From: Camelus ferus
Lineage: Eukaryota
Reading direction: 5' to 3'
Length of the DNA stretch: 64,000 nt
Assembly (NCBI RefSeq): GCF_009834535.1
Contig: NC_045697.1
Span: 3,102,001 to 3,166,000 of the forward strand
The notes beneath the pieces were generated by a model. That model saw nothing but the letters and a program-made list of their open reading frames with translations. It did no database searches and was not told where the DNA came from. Numbering within the stretch: position 1 is the first letter of the stretch; every line of letters begins with the position of its first letter. This document shows, one piece after another, positions 48,401-60,889 of the stretch. The translations under genes were made by a program, and so were the position numbers.

Positions 48401-48869
48401 CACCTTACATCTTATTTATGAATTCGCCTTGTAATCATGCTTAAAGTTACATGGGTATGTTCTTTGTATTGTAGGCCTCAAACTGCATTTAACAGAAATT
48501 TACTCCTGTTATAGAGAAAATACTTTTATGTACCAAATGGGAGATTAGGACTACAGTCGAGGCCAGCAGGTGGAGTTGGGAAGTAACAGAGGCTACCGAG
48601 TCTGAAGCTCTTTTTCCCGCGAGTGCAGAAACAGGACCAGAGAAATGAACGTGCTTGTGTCCCTGACGCTCGTTCACTTTAGGGTTGGAATCGAGCAACA
48701 TCTTGACCCGTTTCTCTAAACTGTGAGTTGTGCTTCCTCTGATTCCACTCCACACCGATTCCGCCGTTCATTCCTGTGTTTTGGTGAATGACTCCATCCT
48801 CACCGTGTGGTGGTGTGCCGGAGTTGAAGTGTGGCAATGCCGATACACTTAGGAGGCTTGTACAGTTTT

Positions 48870-49478
48870 ATTTCTTTTTTTCTCCAGGACTGTTTCTTGA
48901 ACTTTATTTAATTTATTTTTTTATTTTAATGGAAGTATGGTCAGTAACGGCGTGTCACTTTCTGGTGTGCAGCACAGTGTCCCAGTCATGCAGATACATA
49001 TGTGTATTTGTTTTCATATTTTTCATTAAAGGGTATTACAAGATATTGAGTATAGTTCCCTGTGCTATACGGAATAAATTTTTTAAATCTTTTTTTATAT
49101 ATAGTGACAAACATTTGCAAATCTCAAACTCCCAAATTTATCCCTTCCTACCCACTTCCCCTGGTAACCATAAGATTGTTTACTGTGTCTTCAAGTCTGT
49201 CTGTTTTGTAGATGAGTTCATTAGTGTCTTTTTTTCCTTTTTTTAGATTCCACGTATGAGTGGTATCATATGGTATTTTTCTTTCTGTTTCTGGCTTACT
49301 TCACTTAGAATGACAGTCTCTAGTTTCACCCATGTTGCTGCAAGTGGCATTATTTTATTACTTTTTATGGCTGAGCAGTATTTCATTGTATAAATATACC
49401 AGAGCTTCTTTATCCAGGCCTCTGTCAATGGACATTTAGGTTGCTTCCATGTCTTGGTTATTGTAAATAGTGCTGCTA
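48870..49478 (-). mobile_element. 5'-truncated L1 with a perfect 17-bp TSD and an extra 3' tag
   Basis: GAGGCTTGTACAGTTTT at 48853-48869 and 49479-49495, followed by AAAA (TTTT/AA endonuclease site). ORF 49243..49428 (WIKKLWYIYTMKYCSAIK) is the L1 ORF2 C-terminus. Confidence 0.93.
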
Positions 49479-50499
49479 GAGGCTTGTACAGTTTTAAAAG
49501 CTGGGCTTACAGTTTCTTGTTGGTCACAAGACACCTGTTCAGAAGCAGATTCTGTGCAGTATGTTTACATTTATTTCTTTCTAAAGGCTACTTTGGTTAG
49601 AACGTACTTAGAGTAAGTGGGCGGGGGTGGGGCAGGGCGCAGCTCACGGGCAGAGATGGGAGTCATCATTTCCTGTGAGGTGGCCTGCTGCGCCGACCTC
49701 ATGATCATACTCCAGCTTATTCAGTTTGTATTGGTTTCTTATTATCTGCCCGTCTCTGTCCGCATCCGGGGCTCCTTACTTATTTATTTTAAAGCAGACA
49801 GTTTCAGGCGGCGGCAAAGGATGGCGACTTAGCACACAGATACCGCGAAGGACAGTTTGCTGAGTGAACTTGAACAGAGGTGTTAGCTCAGGAGTGTTAC
49901 TGCTCTTCCTCTTCCTCTTCCTCGGGCAGGTGGGAAGCGTTTGGGTTTGCAGCCGTGTTCTTTCACACTTTCTCCTGGCAACGTTCCAGATTTTTGGAGA
50001 CTCCAGTGATAATTGTCATCTTCAAGAATGTCATTCTTGCAGGTTCTAAGAAGTCAGGATTAATTCAGCGTTCAGCCAGGTTTTGGCTGGTTGCCGGGGG
50101 GATGCTGAATCTGAGGTCCAAGTGCCCAGGCCGTGAAGTGTCTGGGGAGAAAGAAATAGAAAGCAAGATGTCAAAGAACGGGAACAATTTGAAGATAGAA
50201 GTAGCTGGTCTCGTTAAGCCGGACTGACCCTCTGCGCCCAGAGTGGCTGCAGAGCCGCCTGGTGTCTCAGCTCGCTTCACTTGGAGTGAAGCCTGCAGCC
50301 TCTGCGTTGTCCCCCCAGGGCTGAACGGCTGGTGTGCAGCTCGCAGCGGCCGATGCAGCGCGCTTACTCTGCCGTCCTGGTTTCCATAAGTCGCCATCAG
50401 TTTTCTCTGATGTTTTGTTCCCGTAATTCTGAATCGTACCTCCTATCACCGGCCCCACGTGTGGCGCCTCATCTCCCTCAGCATTCCTCGGGAAGGCTC

Positions 50500-50935
50500 G
50501 ATGAAGTCCAGTTTCCCCACAGAAGGTAACTGGAAATATGAGTTTGGACTTGAGGGCGAGGTATAGACTGAAGCAAGACCTTTCGGGATGGTCACTGGAG
50601 TTAAAATCACAGGCTTGGAGGCAATCACCTAGGAAATGAGTGTGCCTTTAGGGGAAGAGAAAAGCCCAGAGTTGGAACCTGGGTCACTTCAACATTCAGA
50701 GATTGGAAAGACGAGAGGAAACCAGAAAGAGGTGTCCTGAAACCAAGCTGGAAAAACTGTTTGCAGAAGAGCCGGTGATGGGGACACTGTTGGAGGCTGC
50801 TGGGTGGACAGGGTGAGGGCCAGGGAGTGAGGGTAGGGCTTGTAGCAGATGCCACTCTGTAGGAGCTGTATCCGGGGAGGGTGGGGACAGAGGAATAGTG
50901 GACCAGACAGAGCTTGGAAAGTGATCTAGACTTCT
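50500..50935. mobile_element. L2 LINE fragment
   Basis: 'ctggaaatatgagtttggacttgagggcgagg', 'aatcacctagg', 'ggaacctgggtcacttcaacattcagagattgg', 'ggtgtcctgaaaccaag'. Confidence 0.6.
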
Positions 50936-51229
50936 CTTTGCAGGTAGTTGGTTTGATAAATAAGGTTTCTTTGAGATGGTTAGACATGATGGTATGAAGT
51001 ATGATTGTCTTGTAACCTCTGGACCCTCATCCTGGGGAGCAGGTAAACATCCTTTAACCAGAAAACTAAATGTGTATAAAAAAATCTCTTTTAATTGTGG
51101 GTTATATGCGTTTTGGGCTTTACAAAGAAAATTACTCTGTAGAAATGGGGCTTTTTGGCTTAATTCTAAAAGAAATATTTTTCAGGAGGATACGCACTTT
51201 CATATCTAAATGGTAAGGTGAGAGTATGT

Positions 51230-51253
51230 TTGGTGGTGGTGGTGGTGGTGGTT
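51230..51253. repeat. (GGT)7 trinucleotide microsatellite
   Basis: tggtggtggtggtggtggtggt. Confidence 0.85.
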
Positions 51254-52450
51254 TTTACTTTATTGAAGCAAAGATTATTGGGCTGGTAGTTGCCAAAACT
51301 GCTAATATGTTTGAGAGCCAGCTGTTGTTAATGACATGTAGTCTGTTACAGGTTAGTTTGATGTCCTTCGGTGAGTTATTAACCTTCCTGAGAGTTTTCT
51401 CATCTATGAAATGACAATATCTGTCCCACAGATTATATTGTTATTAACATTTTTTAAATGACTTTTTTGGAAGAGCCGTTGTTGTTTGGTTTATTGGTGG
51501 TTCATGAAACACACGGGGTTTCTCCGGGGAGGAATAGCTGCAGTTTTTGGAGAACTTACTATGTGCTGTGAATGCTCTGGATCAGGCAAGTTACATATTA
51601 TCTTTATTTAAGTCTTATAACTACTCTTTAAGGTGGAGACTATCCTTAAAAAAATTTTTTTTTTTACATATAATAATTATACTCATGGTGGTGGTGGTAG
51701 TGGTAATAGTCAAAACTTGTCTAGGACCTTTTCTGTGCTGAGTTCTTCAAGTAAAGACATTTTAAGAAAAATCAAAAACTGATGACAAGGCTCTGCTCAT
51801 CCTCATTTTATGGAGAGAGGGGTAACGATGTCCCTGCGTCCTCAAGGAGGCATCTAGGAAGTGGTGGAGTGGAATTTCAGCTCAGTCTCTTCAACACTGT
51901 GCTCACTCCCAGTGTAGAGACCATCCTGTCGTCACATTTCAGTGGGTCCCAGATCGTGCGGGTCTGAGCCCTGCAGCTCCAAACCCTGAAAGCTGCTGTC
52001 AGGCCAGCCGCCTCTTTAATTGGCTTCCATCAACACACTGACATATGTCGCCCAGACCCTGATGCCCACGCTCTCCCCATCCACACAGCTTGGTGCTGGG
52101 CCCCATCTGCCAGGGGAGTAGGCAGAGGACAGACGGCCCTCCAGCCCGCTGTCCCTGGGGGGCCTGCCAGCCCTCCTTCCCCTTGCAGCCGAGCCTCATG
52201 CTGTGCCTGCTGTCAGGAGCCCTGGAGGCTCATCCTCTTCTGCTGTCAGAAGGGACCTGAGGGGATTGGAGCCTGGGGCTCAGTATCTCATGATGACGAA
52301 TGGCAGGGACCAGAGTAACTCAGAAGCCCTGCTGCAGGTTTCTCTGTTCGTGGCCTATCTCATACGGGGTCACTGAAGGAAAGGATGATGGACTGGACTC
52401 ACATGAGGAGTGGAAGCGTTTGTGGAGGCTAGTGGATTCAAACACTGATC

Positions 52451-52607
52451 GGGTGGGCGGATATAGCTCTGTGGGAGAGCGCATGCTTAGCACACATGAG
52501 GTCCTGGATTCAATCCCCAGCACTTCCATTAAGTAAATAAAAAACCTAATTTCCTCCCTCCCCCCAATTTTTTTTAAATTAAAAATTAAAAATTAAAAAA
52601 AAAAAAA
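52451..52607 (+). mobile_element. Camelid Vic-1-type tRNA-Ala-derived SINE
   Basis: 'gggcggatatagctctgtgggagagcgcatgcttagcacacatgaggtcctggattcaatccccagcacttcca', then 'aacctaatttcctccctcccccc' and an A-rich tail. Confidence 0.88.
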
Positions 52608-52870
52608 CACAAGTCATACTCATTCGTCTCCCTGTGATGCAGAGTCGGCGTTACCAGCAGGAGAACGACGGCGCTGGGTCAGTGGCTCGGGCCTCTGGTT
52701 TCTGACTGCCGACCTGTTGCCCGGCTCCTACCAGGCTTGCCTGAAAATACAATTCTTATCTGTCCCCGAGTTTACGCTGCTCTGAATTGCTTCTGCAATG
52801 TTGAAATTGTCTCCAGTGTCTGGGATTTCTGGGTTTCCTTTTTGGAGTTTATTTCCCTGAATACTCTGAT

Positions 52871-53080
52871 CAGAGGTGAAAAAAGCTTTTCAATAAAAGG
52901 TCACATTGTAAGTATTTTAGGCTTCAGGTGGCTGTGCGGTCACTGTACAGGGCTCTCCTGGCCTGAAAGAAGCCTTAGACGGTATGTAAATGAATGGGCG
53001 TGGCTGTGTCCCAATAAAACTGTACTTAGAAAAACAGGCTTCAGGCCAGGTCTGGCAGTCCCCTCCCAACCCCCCGACTT
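52871..53080 (+). mobile_element. MER58A-like hAT-Charlie MITE
   Basis: 'aaaggtcacattgtaagtattttaggctt...tgtaaatgaatgggcgtggctgtgtcccaataaaactgtacttagaaaaacaggc'. Confidence 0.8.
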
Positions 53081-53419
53081 GGGTGAGGGTATGGATAAAC
53101 TTATGCACAGACTGAACCCTGGTATCAGGTCATTTTGGCTCTGGTTGAACCTGACGTTTTGGAGAACATCAGCTAGATGCAGTGCAGGCACGTCTTTGGG
53201 GATGCTTATTCCTTATCCAGCTGTCTCCTCCTGCCTCCTGTGCTGGTGGTTTGAAGTCGGGTCCTGTTGGAGGCCCCTGGTGCTCACTGAGTTGTCGGCG
53301 GGAAGGTGAGTGGTGGCAGCAGCAGCGTCTTCATTGTCTCCTTAAGGAGCCTGTCTCTCCCCCACTTCTACATGGGACACGCCCTTTCCTTGGTCCATCA
53401 GACTCAGTGTGGGTTAGGG

Positions 53420-53554
53420 CCTGGCTTCTCAAAGGGGGACCTGTGGACTGGGAGCATCGTAGAAAGGCAGACTCCTAGACCTGCTGACTCAGAATCTGCA
53501 TTTTAACAAGACCACCCACTGAGTCATAGCCCGTGAAATTTTGAGAAGCACTGG
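53420..53554. mobile_element. MER5A-like hAT-Charlie MITE
   Basis: 'cttctcaaa...agacctgctgactcagaatctgcattttaacaaga...ttttgagaagcactgg' (TIRs cttctcaaa / tttgagaag). Confidence 0.82.
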
Positions 53555-55779
53555 TGTACAGTGCTCCAGTCTGGAGGTCAGAGGAAGCTGTAAAAAGACC
53601 CTTTTATCTTCAGCTTGTTAATATTGAGAGTGTAATCAGCTGTAGACGTGCCGGCAGTTTTATGTCTTCTCAGCCATCTTATGAGTCATCATTGAACGTT
53701 ATTTTCCCGACTGAAGAGGGATGTGATGGCCCACTAACGGAGTGGCATAAATGTTGTAGACGGGTTGGGAGAATGAGGCAGTGACCTGGCACATCCCTCC
53801 ATCTCTCTGCCTCAGTGTCCCCTGTGTGATGCAAGATAGTTAGACAGGTGGTGTGTAAAGTCTCATTGGTTGCAAGTGATCTGTTTTATTTCACAGGCCG
53901 CCGCCTCCTGCCCCCGACATCTCAAGGAGGGTATTTCCATTCCCATCTCCCATGTGACCTCCTCCTCCCATTCCACTTTTGATGGACGGTCTGCAATTTC
54001 AGCCCAGCTGGCTGGGGTCATGGGAGCAGCTAAGATGAATTGTAACAGTCGAGCTTCAGGACTGTCGAGACGCCATTTCTGTTTGGTGTTATGACATGGT
54101 TTTGGGGAGCTGTAGGTGGCTGGGATTTGCTCGCTGGGAAGGTCTCAAGTCTTCAAGGTACAGTTGTCAGCATCCAGGAAGCCTCTGCCTCCATTTTACC
54201 CGCCAGCTCCAAGGGTATCATTTCAGATGACTTCATTAGGTTGGGCTTTTTAATCCAAGTAAAATAGTGGCTGGAGAGATGCATATAATCTAGTTGGCAG
54301 TGTGAACTGATGGCGTTTAATAGGAAATATCTGTTGTCTCAGTTACTGGAAACGTGATACCTTACAGCTGGCAGCGCCTCCTGGGATCCGGCCCGCCCCC
54401 GCCCCCGTCCCCGGGAGCGCAGAGGTCTGTGAGCAGCCTTTTCACTCTGGAGTCTCTCACTGCTTCCTCCTCCGCAAAGCCTGCCGCCCCCGTCGTCACT
54501 CTGGGCATCTGCAGACTGGGCAGCTGGTGGCCACAGTGCAGGCTGGCAGGGTGATCTTTCATTCCACGTTGAAAAGCTTCATTGTCTTTTTAAGTGATGC
54601 TTCTCCATTTAGAGGTGGTGCCAGGGCCCCTTTGGGGCCCAAATGCTTGAGCTAATACCATCCCAAAGGGCTTTAGAGGCAGGGGGCCAGGCACTGTGAA
54701 CTCACAGAAGGTGCACAGTCTGAGCAGCCGGACACGCGCGTGCCATCAGCTGGACTTGGGCCTGAAAGTCCCTGCTCCTCCTTGAGTGTCAGGGTCTACG
54801 CCTGCAAACCCCGAGCAGCAGGCAGGATACGCGTCCTGAGGCATCGCCCTCCTGTGGAAGCCTTTGTCGCGTGGAGAGAACGGAGTCAGCGGGAGGGCAG
54901 GGGTCTGAGCAAAGAGGGTGCGCTTCAGCCCCTCCCTGTGTCTGTGTAAATTTCTCCACGGGAGGGACGCAGGATGGGAGACTCTGGGGGCGGGGCCTGG
55001 GAAGCGGTTCCTTCCCTTTGTTTGCACCTTGCCTGGTCGTCCCTGCCTTGGCCAGGTCTTGGGGGCCCCAGGGGCGGCTTGTGGCCTGTCTCCATGCTTG
55101 GTGGAGAGGGACTGTGAACTCAGGTAGCCAGACATCTCCCCTTGACCCAGCTCACCAGAGGGTCTTCAGCAGGGTCTTGTCGCCTCTGGAAGGAGGGAGA
55201 CCTGATTGGGTTGACGTTTGGTCTTCCCTCCCAGCCACGTGGGCTGTGAGCCTCCCTGGACTTTGTCTACCTCACCAATACCATGAGCACAAAGCCGGTT
55301 GTTCTAATGAGACTATGTTTATAAATTCAGTCTTCCTTTTCTCTCCCTTTTGTTTGTTTTTGCTTCTTCCTCTGCTGTGAAGAAAAACTCATTCATGAAT
55401 AAAAATACAATACAGCTTTATGGTAATGAAGAGAAGTCAGTTCATTAGAGCCTTCTGGGTCTGCCTGAGGTTGGGAGCCCTGCTTTCCTCCTCGCGAAAG
55501 CAGAAGTGGCCCTCCCTGTGCTGGGCCAGGCCAGCGCCAGCGCTCTTGCTCCCGGTTTACTGCTCTTGGCGGAGAGAATCTTTTCTGAAAATTCCATTTA
55601 CCTCGATTTTCTTAAGATTCTACCTGTCAAGCAGTAACAAATAAAATGTGCTGAGTGTTTTCTGTTAACTTTACTTCGCTTGACTAGTTAGGGTCTTTTC
55701 TCTGACTCTTAATTCTCTACCTCTAACGTGCCTGTCTTCAGCCCAGAGTCCCAGTCCATGAAGACAGAGGAGCAGGTCC

Positions 55780-57300
55780 CTCGCCGCCCAGACAAGGCAA
55801 CCACTCGTCTGCTTTCTGTTACTGCAGATTAGTTCGGCTGGTTCTAGAATTTCATAAAAATGGGATCTTCTAAGTATGCCTTTTTGTGTGTTTAGCTTCT
55901 TTCACTTAGATTTTTGTTTTTGAGGTTCATCTAAGTTATGCATTGGGTAGTTTGTTTCTTTTTATTGCCAAGAAATATACCATTGTATATTCATAATTTG
56001 TTACCCGTGTGTTTGTTACTGGTTGCTCAGGTTGTGTGCAGTTTTTGGTTATTATGAGTAAAGCTGCTAGTGGTTTTGTGAGGACACATGCGATACTTTC
56101 TCTTGGGTCGATGCCTAAGAGGGGGGTTGCTGGGTCACACGGTAAATGTTGTCTAACTTTATGAGAAGCTGCCACGCTCTTCTCTGAAGTGGTTGTACCG
56201 CGTGGACTCCCACCAGGAGAGCGTGAGTGTTCTGTTGCTGGACAGCTTGCCAGGGCCTGGTATTAGTAGCCTCGTAAGTTCTGGTCATTCTGGGGGGTGT
56301 ATAGGCGTAGCTCATCATTTAACGTTGCGTCAGCTTGATGATTAGTGGTATTACCACCTTCTGATGTGCTTATTGGCCACTTGTGTCTCCTTTGTGGGTG
56401 AAATGTGCGTAGCTCCCTCGCCTGGTTCTGTTTGGTTGTCTGTATTCTCAGTGTTCCGTGTGCCTACAGGGTGTAAGGGCTGTCGGACACGTGCATTACA
56501 AATATTTTCTTCCCATTTGCTCAACAATTTCTTTCAAACAGTCCAGTTGATTAATTTTTCTTTTATGTTAGTGCTTTTGGTGTCCTAAGAAATCTTGGCC
56601 TATTCCACAGTCATTAATAATTTCTCCTATGTTTTCTGCTAGACATTTTATAGTTTTACTTTTTATATCTAGGTCTCTGGTGCACTGGAGTAAATTTTTG
56701 GTTGTGGTTTTGGTTCAAGGAGTGAGTCCGGTCTTCCCTACGTCGAAGTCCTCTCGTTCAGCGCCGGCTGCTCCGGCTGTAAAGGTCCTGTGGAACTGGC
56801 AGGCTCCGTCCACAGTTGGCCGTCTGTGTGGGGTTATTCCAGGACTTTGTCTCACCCATTGTCCTGGAGCCAGCGCCACACTGGGTGGGTCATCGTGGGT
56901 GGTTCTGAGCCTCAGAAACTAGGTGATTTGGGCCCTCCAACATTGTTCTTTTTTCTCCTCAGCATCTGGACATTCTTATTTGTTTCATCTTCATATATTT
57001 TATGATCAGCCTGTCAATGCAGTTTTGCCAAAAAAAAAAAAAAGTACTGCTGTCATCTTGACTGGGACTGTGTTGAATCTATAAGATGACTTTTGGGGGA
57101 GAACCTCACAATCGATGACTATGGTATTTAGATCTTCACTAAATTTTGTCTGCAATCATAGTTGTCAGTTTATAGGCCTTTCACGTATTTTGTTAAATTT
57201 ATCCTTAAGTATTTCATATATTTTGATGTTATTATAAATAGTACTGGCTTTTTTTCTTTCTTTCACTTTTCAGTTGTCCCGTGCTAGTTAAGGAGTTTAC
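55780..57300 (-). mobile_element. Old L1M fragment (3' UTR plus ORF2 end)
   Basis: 'ttctagaatttcataaaaatgggatc', 'ggttgctgggtca..cggtaaatg', 'tgtgcttattggccacttgt', 'gactgggactgtgttgaatctata', 'tttatccttaagtatttcat'. Confidence 0.8.
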
Positions 57301-57669
57301 TGTTTTGTAGAGAAATTGACAAATAAGTAGACAGACGAGGGGCACTGCTCTCCAATGAGTTGCTTTGGGAACACCCTGCAGAGGAGGTGGCATTGGTTAC
57401 ACCTGGGGAGATCTTGGCTGGCAGAGAAGATGCGTGCTGGGGCAAGCAGTGTTTCAGAAACTGCACACTAAGGTCAGGCAGGAACACGAGGAATGTTCTG
57501 AAAACAAGTAGTAGCTGGACGAGGCCATGCTGAAACACAAGAGGGGAGTGAGGCAGGTGATGAGCTTGTAAGGACGTTGGGGCCAGGCTGACAACAGGTC
57601 TGCTGCTGAACAAGGTTGAAACTATTCAGTGGGTGCTTGGGAGCCCTTGTGTGTTTATAAGCCGTTCGT

Positions 57670-58142
57670 TTTTTGTTTTTTAATTTTGGTAAAATATATA
57701 TAATATAAAATTTACCATTTTAACCATTTTGAAGTATACAGTTCAGTGGCATTAAATACATTCATATTGTTATGCAACCATCACCCCCATCAGTCTCTGG
57801 GACTTTTACATCTTCCTAAACTGAAACTGTCCCCATTAAACAACAAGCCCCTCTCCCCTCCCCCAGCCCCAGGCACCCACCATTCTACTTTCTGTCTCTA
57901 GGAGTCTGACCGCTCTGGGGACCTCACAGAAGTGGAATCCTACAGCATTTGTCCCTTTGTGTCTGGCGTATTTAACCTAGCATGATGTCCTGCAAGGTCC
58001 ACCCATGTCGTAGCAGGTGTCAGAACTTCCTTCCTTTTTAAGGCTGAATCTTATTTCATTGTGTGGATGGGTCTCATTTCATTTATTCCTTCATCTATCC
58101 ATGGACACTTGTGTTATTTCCACCTTTTGGCTCTTGTGAATA
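57670..58142 (-). mobile_element. L1MB-type 3' end
   Basis: 'taaaatttaccattttaaccattttgaagtatacagttcagtggcattaaatacattcatattgttatgcaacca...cattctactttctgtctcta...ttcctttttaaggctgaat'. Confidence 0.9.
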
Positions 58143-58797
58143 CAGAACTGTTCTTAAAAGCAGAAGACCTCAGAGATGAAGTAGGGATTTGGAGCTAGAA
58201 GCTTTGACATAAAATTGTTGGTGAATACTTTTCTCATAGTATCCATTGCAATTTCTGGCTGTTTTTATTTATTTGCATACTATTTGTCTAATGTGAATGT
58301 AAGATCATATCTGTTTTGGTTGTATACCCCACAGTTAGGTCCTCAGGTATTTTTGCAAGTTTTTTTAGTACATATTTAAGATATTTTACAATAAATAGAG
58401 CAGAAATTTGCATTTTTCTTTCCCATCCTCCTATTGCTGCATGCCTCCTGTTGTCGTGACTGAGTCAATGCCTCTTCCTGCTCCAGCCTCTCAGGACACC
58501 AGTTCATCCTTAGTGCTGTTGCCAGACAGATCATCTTTTCAGAAACGGAGCCCCATCAATGCCACTGCTTCTGAAAGCCTGTGACTCTGTCTGCCGTAGA
58601 ATAATAGTTCTGTGAGTCCCAGTGTCTATCCAGCTCTAGATCGTGAAGCGCTGGGTGTCAGAGACGGGCCTTTGAAGATACTGAGTATAGTGTCTTAAAT
58701 GTGGTCACATTTAACAACTTATTACTGAATTAAATTGAACTGGTTGGTGTAAGTGGAATAAAGTATATGCTCTTAATATCATATTTAAAATTATTAC

Positions 58798-59092
58798 TCA
58801 TCTACAAAACAAAAACAGACTCACAGACATAGTAAACAGTCTTATGATTACTGGGGGTAAAGTGGGTGGGGAGGAATAAATTGAGGGTTCGAGATTTTCG
58901 AATATTAACTACTATATATAAAAATTGATAAACAACAAGTTTCTACTGTATAGTATAGGGAACTATATTTAATATCTTATAGTAACCTATAATGAAAAAG
59001 AATATGAAAACAAATATATGTATGCCTGAAACATTATGCTGTACACCAGAAATGGACACATTGTGACTGACTATACTTCAATTAAAAAAAAA
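58798..59092 (+). mobile_element. Camelid/cetartiodactyl L1 3' tail
   Basis: 'tctacaaaacaaaaacagactcacagacatagtaaacagtcttatgattac...ctgtacaccagaaatggacacattgtgactgactatacttcaattaaaaaaaa'. Confidence 0.9.
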
Positions 59093-60889
59093 TCTATTGC
59101 TAGCGACTAGCTTGGTTTGTGTCAGGTTTTCTTATACCAGCCTCAGAAGCAGGAAGTCTGGGTCCTGTGCTGTTTTGTCAGGTTGCACATATTATTGTGA
59201 CTAATAAAAAACACGTCCAGATCTAGACTTCGTCTCTCGCTTCCTAGAGAACAATAGCAGGGTATTTCTATTAAGGCTCACCTTATCCATCCGTGTGTTA
59301 ATCTGACCTTTAAGAACCACGATAATTTCCAGAAAGAATGTGTTCTGTGGATTTTTATACCTGGTTCCTTTGGGGACTTCTTGCTGGCTCTGTGTAAGGA
59401 CTCAGAATATTTATATACGCACAAATACAGACTTTCCTTTGGGATATTGATACGTCTTTTAAAGATTCAGAGTCCATGCCGAAACCAAGGCGTGATTGTT
59501 GTAAGTTCCGTTCAGACCCCAGGATAAGTAGAGACCTTGTTTACTCTGTCTTTTCAAATTCAAATTAAACTAGCACTGATTGACTTCCCTGAATCAGAGG
59601 CTTTTTGTCACAGCGGTTTCTGGAATCTCTGTCTTCTGGGCACAGAACTGTTAGGATCCTCACGTTAGAGGTGAGGGCAGGGGAAATCAAAGAAGTCCAG
59701 TGGTCGGGACTCAGAGTCATCATCGGGTGATTCAAATAACAGTCATCTGGAGTTTTAAGGAGTTTTAGACGTAGTCTAGCTGAGGGAAACTTTCCAAGCA
59801 GGCAGCATCTAAAGCTCTGCTGCTTTTTCTGAGATTTCTCAGACCAGCCTTTAGGCAGCCCGCGCAGGCTATCTGCGGAGGCCTGGGGAAGTATCTGGGA
59901 GCGTCTTAACTGTAACCCTATAAGGGAAAATATGCAAGTGCTGTGCCTGAGTACTGGCCCCTTTGCTTCGGTGCCACACGGGTTCTGTCTCCCCTAAGCC
60001 ACTTGTGAATGGGGTCCCCGCAGTCTCAGCAGAGAAGGGTGCTGATCAGGTGACGATCCAGCCTGTTTGAGAAAATGGACTGGTCAGAACCACTCTCTTG
60101 GCACTTTTGACGCGCATGTTCTAAGAATATCACAGGAGACACGGTTACTAACTGTGAGAGGACAGACCGTGGTATTTTTCTCTGCAACTTTCTCTTCAAA
60201 ACAAAGCTCAGGAATTTTGTCTGCTACGGACATCTAGAAACAAACAAGTGAATTGATCTATCTTGTGTTTCCATGTCAGGCATGTGCTCAGCATTCTAGG
60301 GACAGAGAGAAGTCAAAGGTGGTCCCTTACTTGAGACTACCTGCCGACTTGTGGAGGGAGAGACACTCACCCATGATTACAGCGTGATGCGAGAACTGCG
60401 ATGCGGGTGGGCTGGGGTCTCGAAGGGTAAATAGGTAAGAGGTGTGCAGGGAGGGGTGCATGTTAGGGGCGAGACAGGGCTGCTCAGGGCTGATGTCTGC
60501 AGGAAACTGAGTCACTCAGAAGAGCTGCAGGCGGGGAGTGGGAAGAGGTGGGTCTGGAAGAAGCAGGGCTAGTTAAGAGTCTGATACAAGGTCAGGAAAG
60601 TCATTGAAAAGAAGACTGCAGGGGACAAGGACAATGTTCTCAGGAGCCTCAGGTGTAGCCCAGTGGTCCTCAGTGAGGGGATGAGACGGCGTTTCGGGAA
60701 GCCACCTCTCCAGGGTCCTGCCTGTGTTTGAGGAGGGGGCCCCCACCTCTGGAGACAGTCAGTGTGAAGAGCGGCTGCTTGGTGGGCTAGGACTTCTCAG
60801 TTGCCCCCCCAGGAGTTTATGGGGCGCACTGTCCATATGAGTTCTGTGCAGGGCCGCTGAGGAGATGAAGTCTGTAGTTCATCCTTATC

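Noticed and set aside
54624..54640. Small hairpin gggcccc-ttt-ggggccc, plus short tandem duplications at ~19560 and ~20451
   Set aside because: Too short to exceed chance or ordinary slippage in 64 kb.
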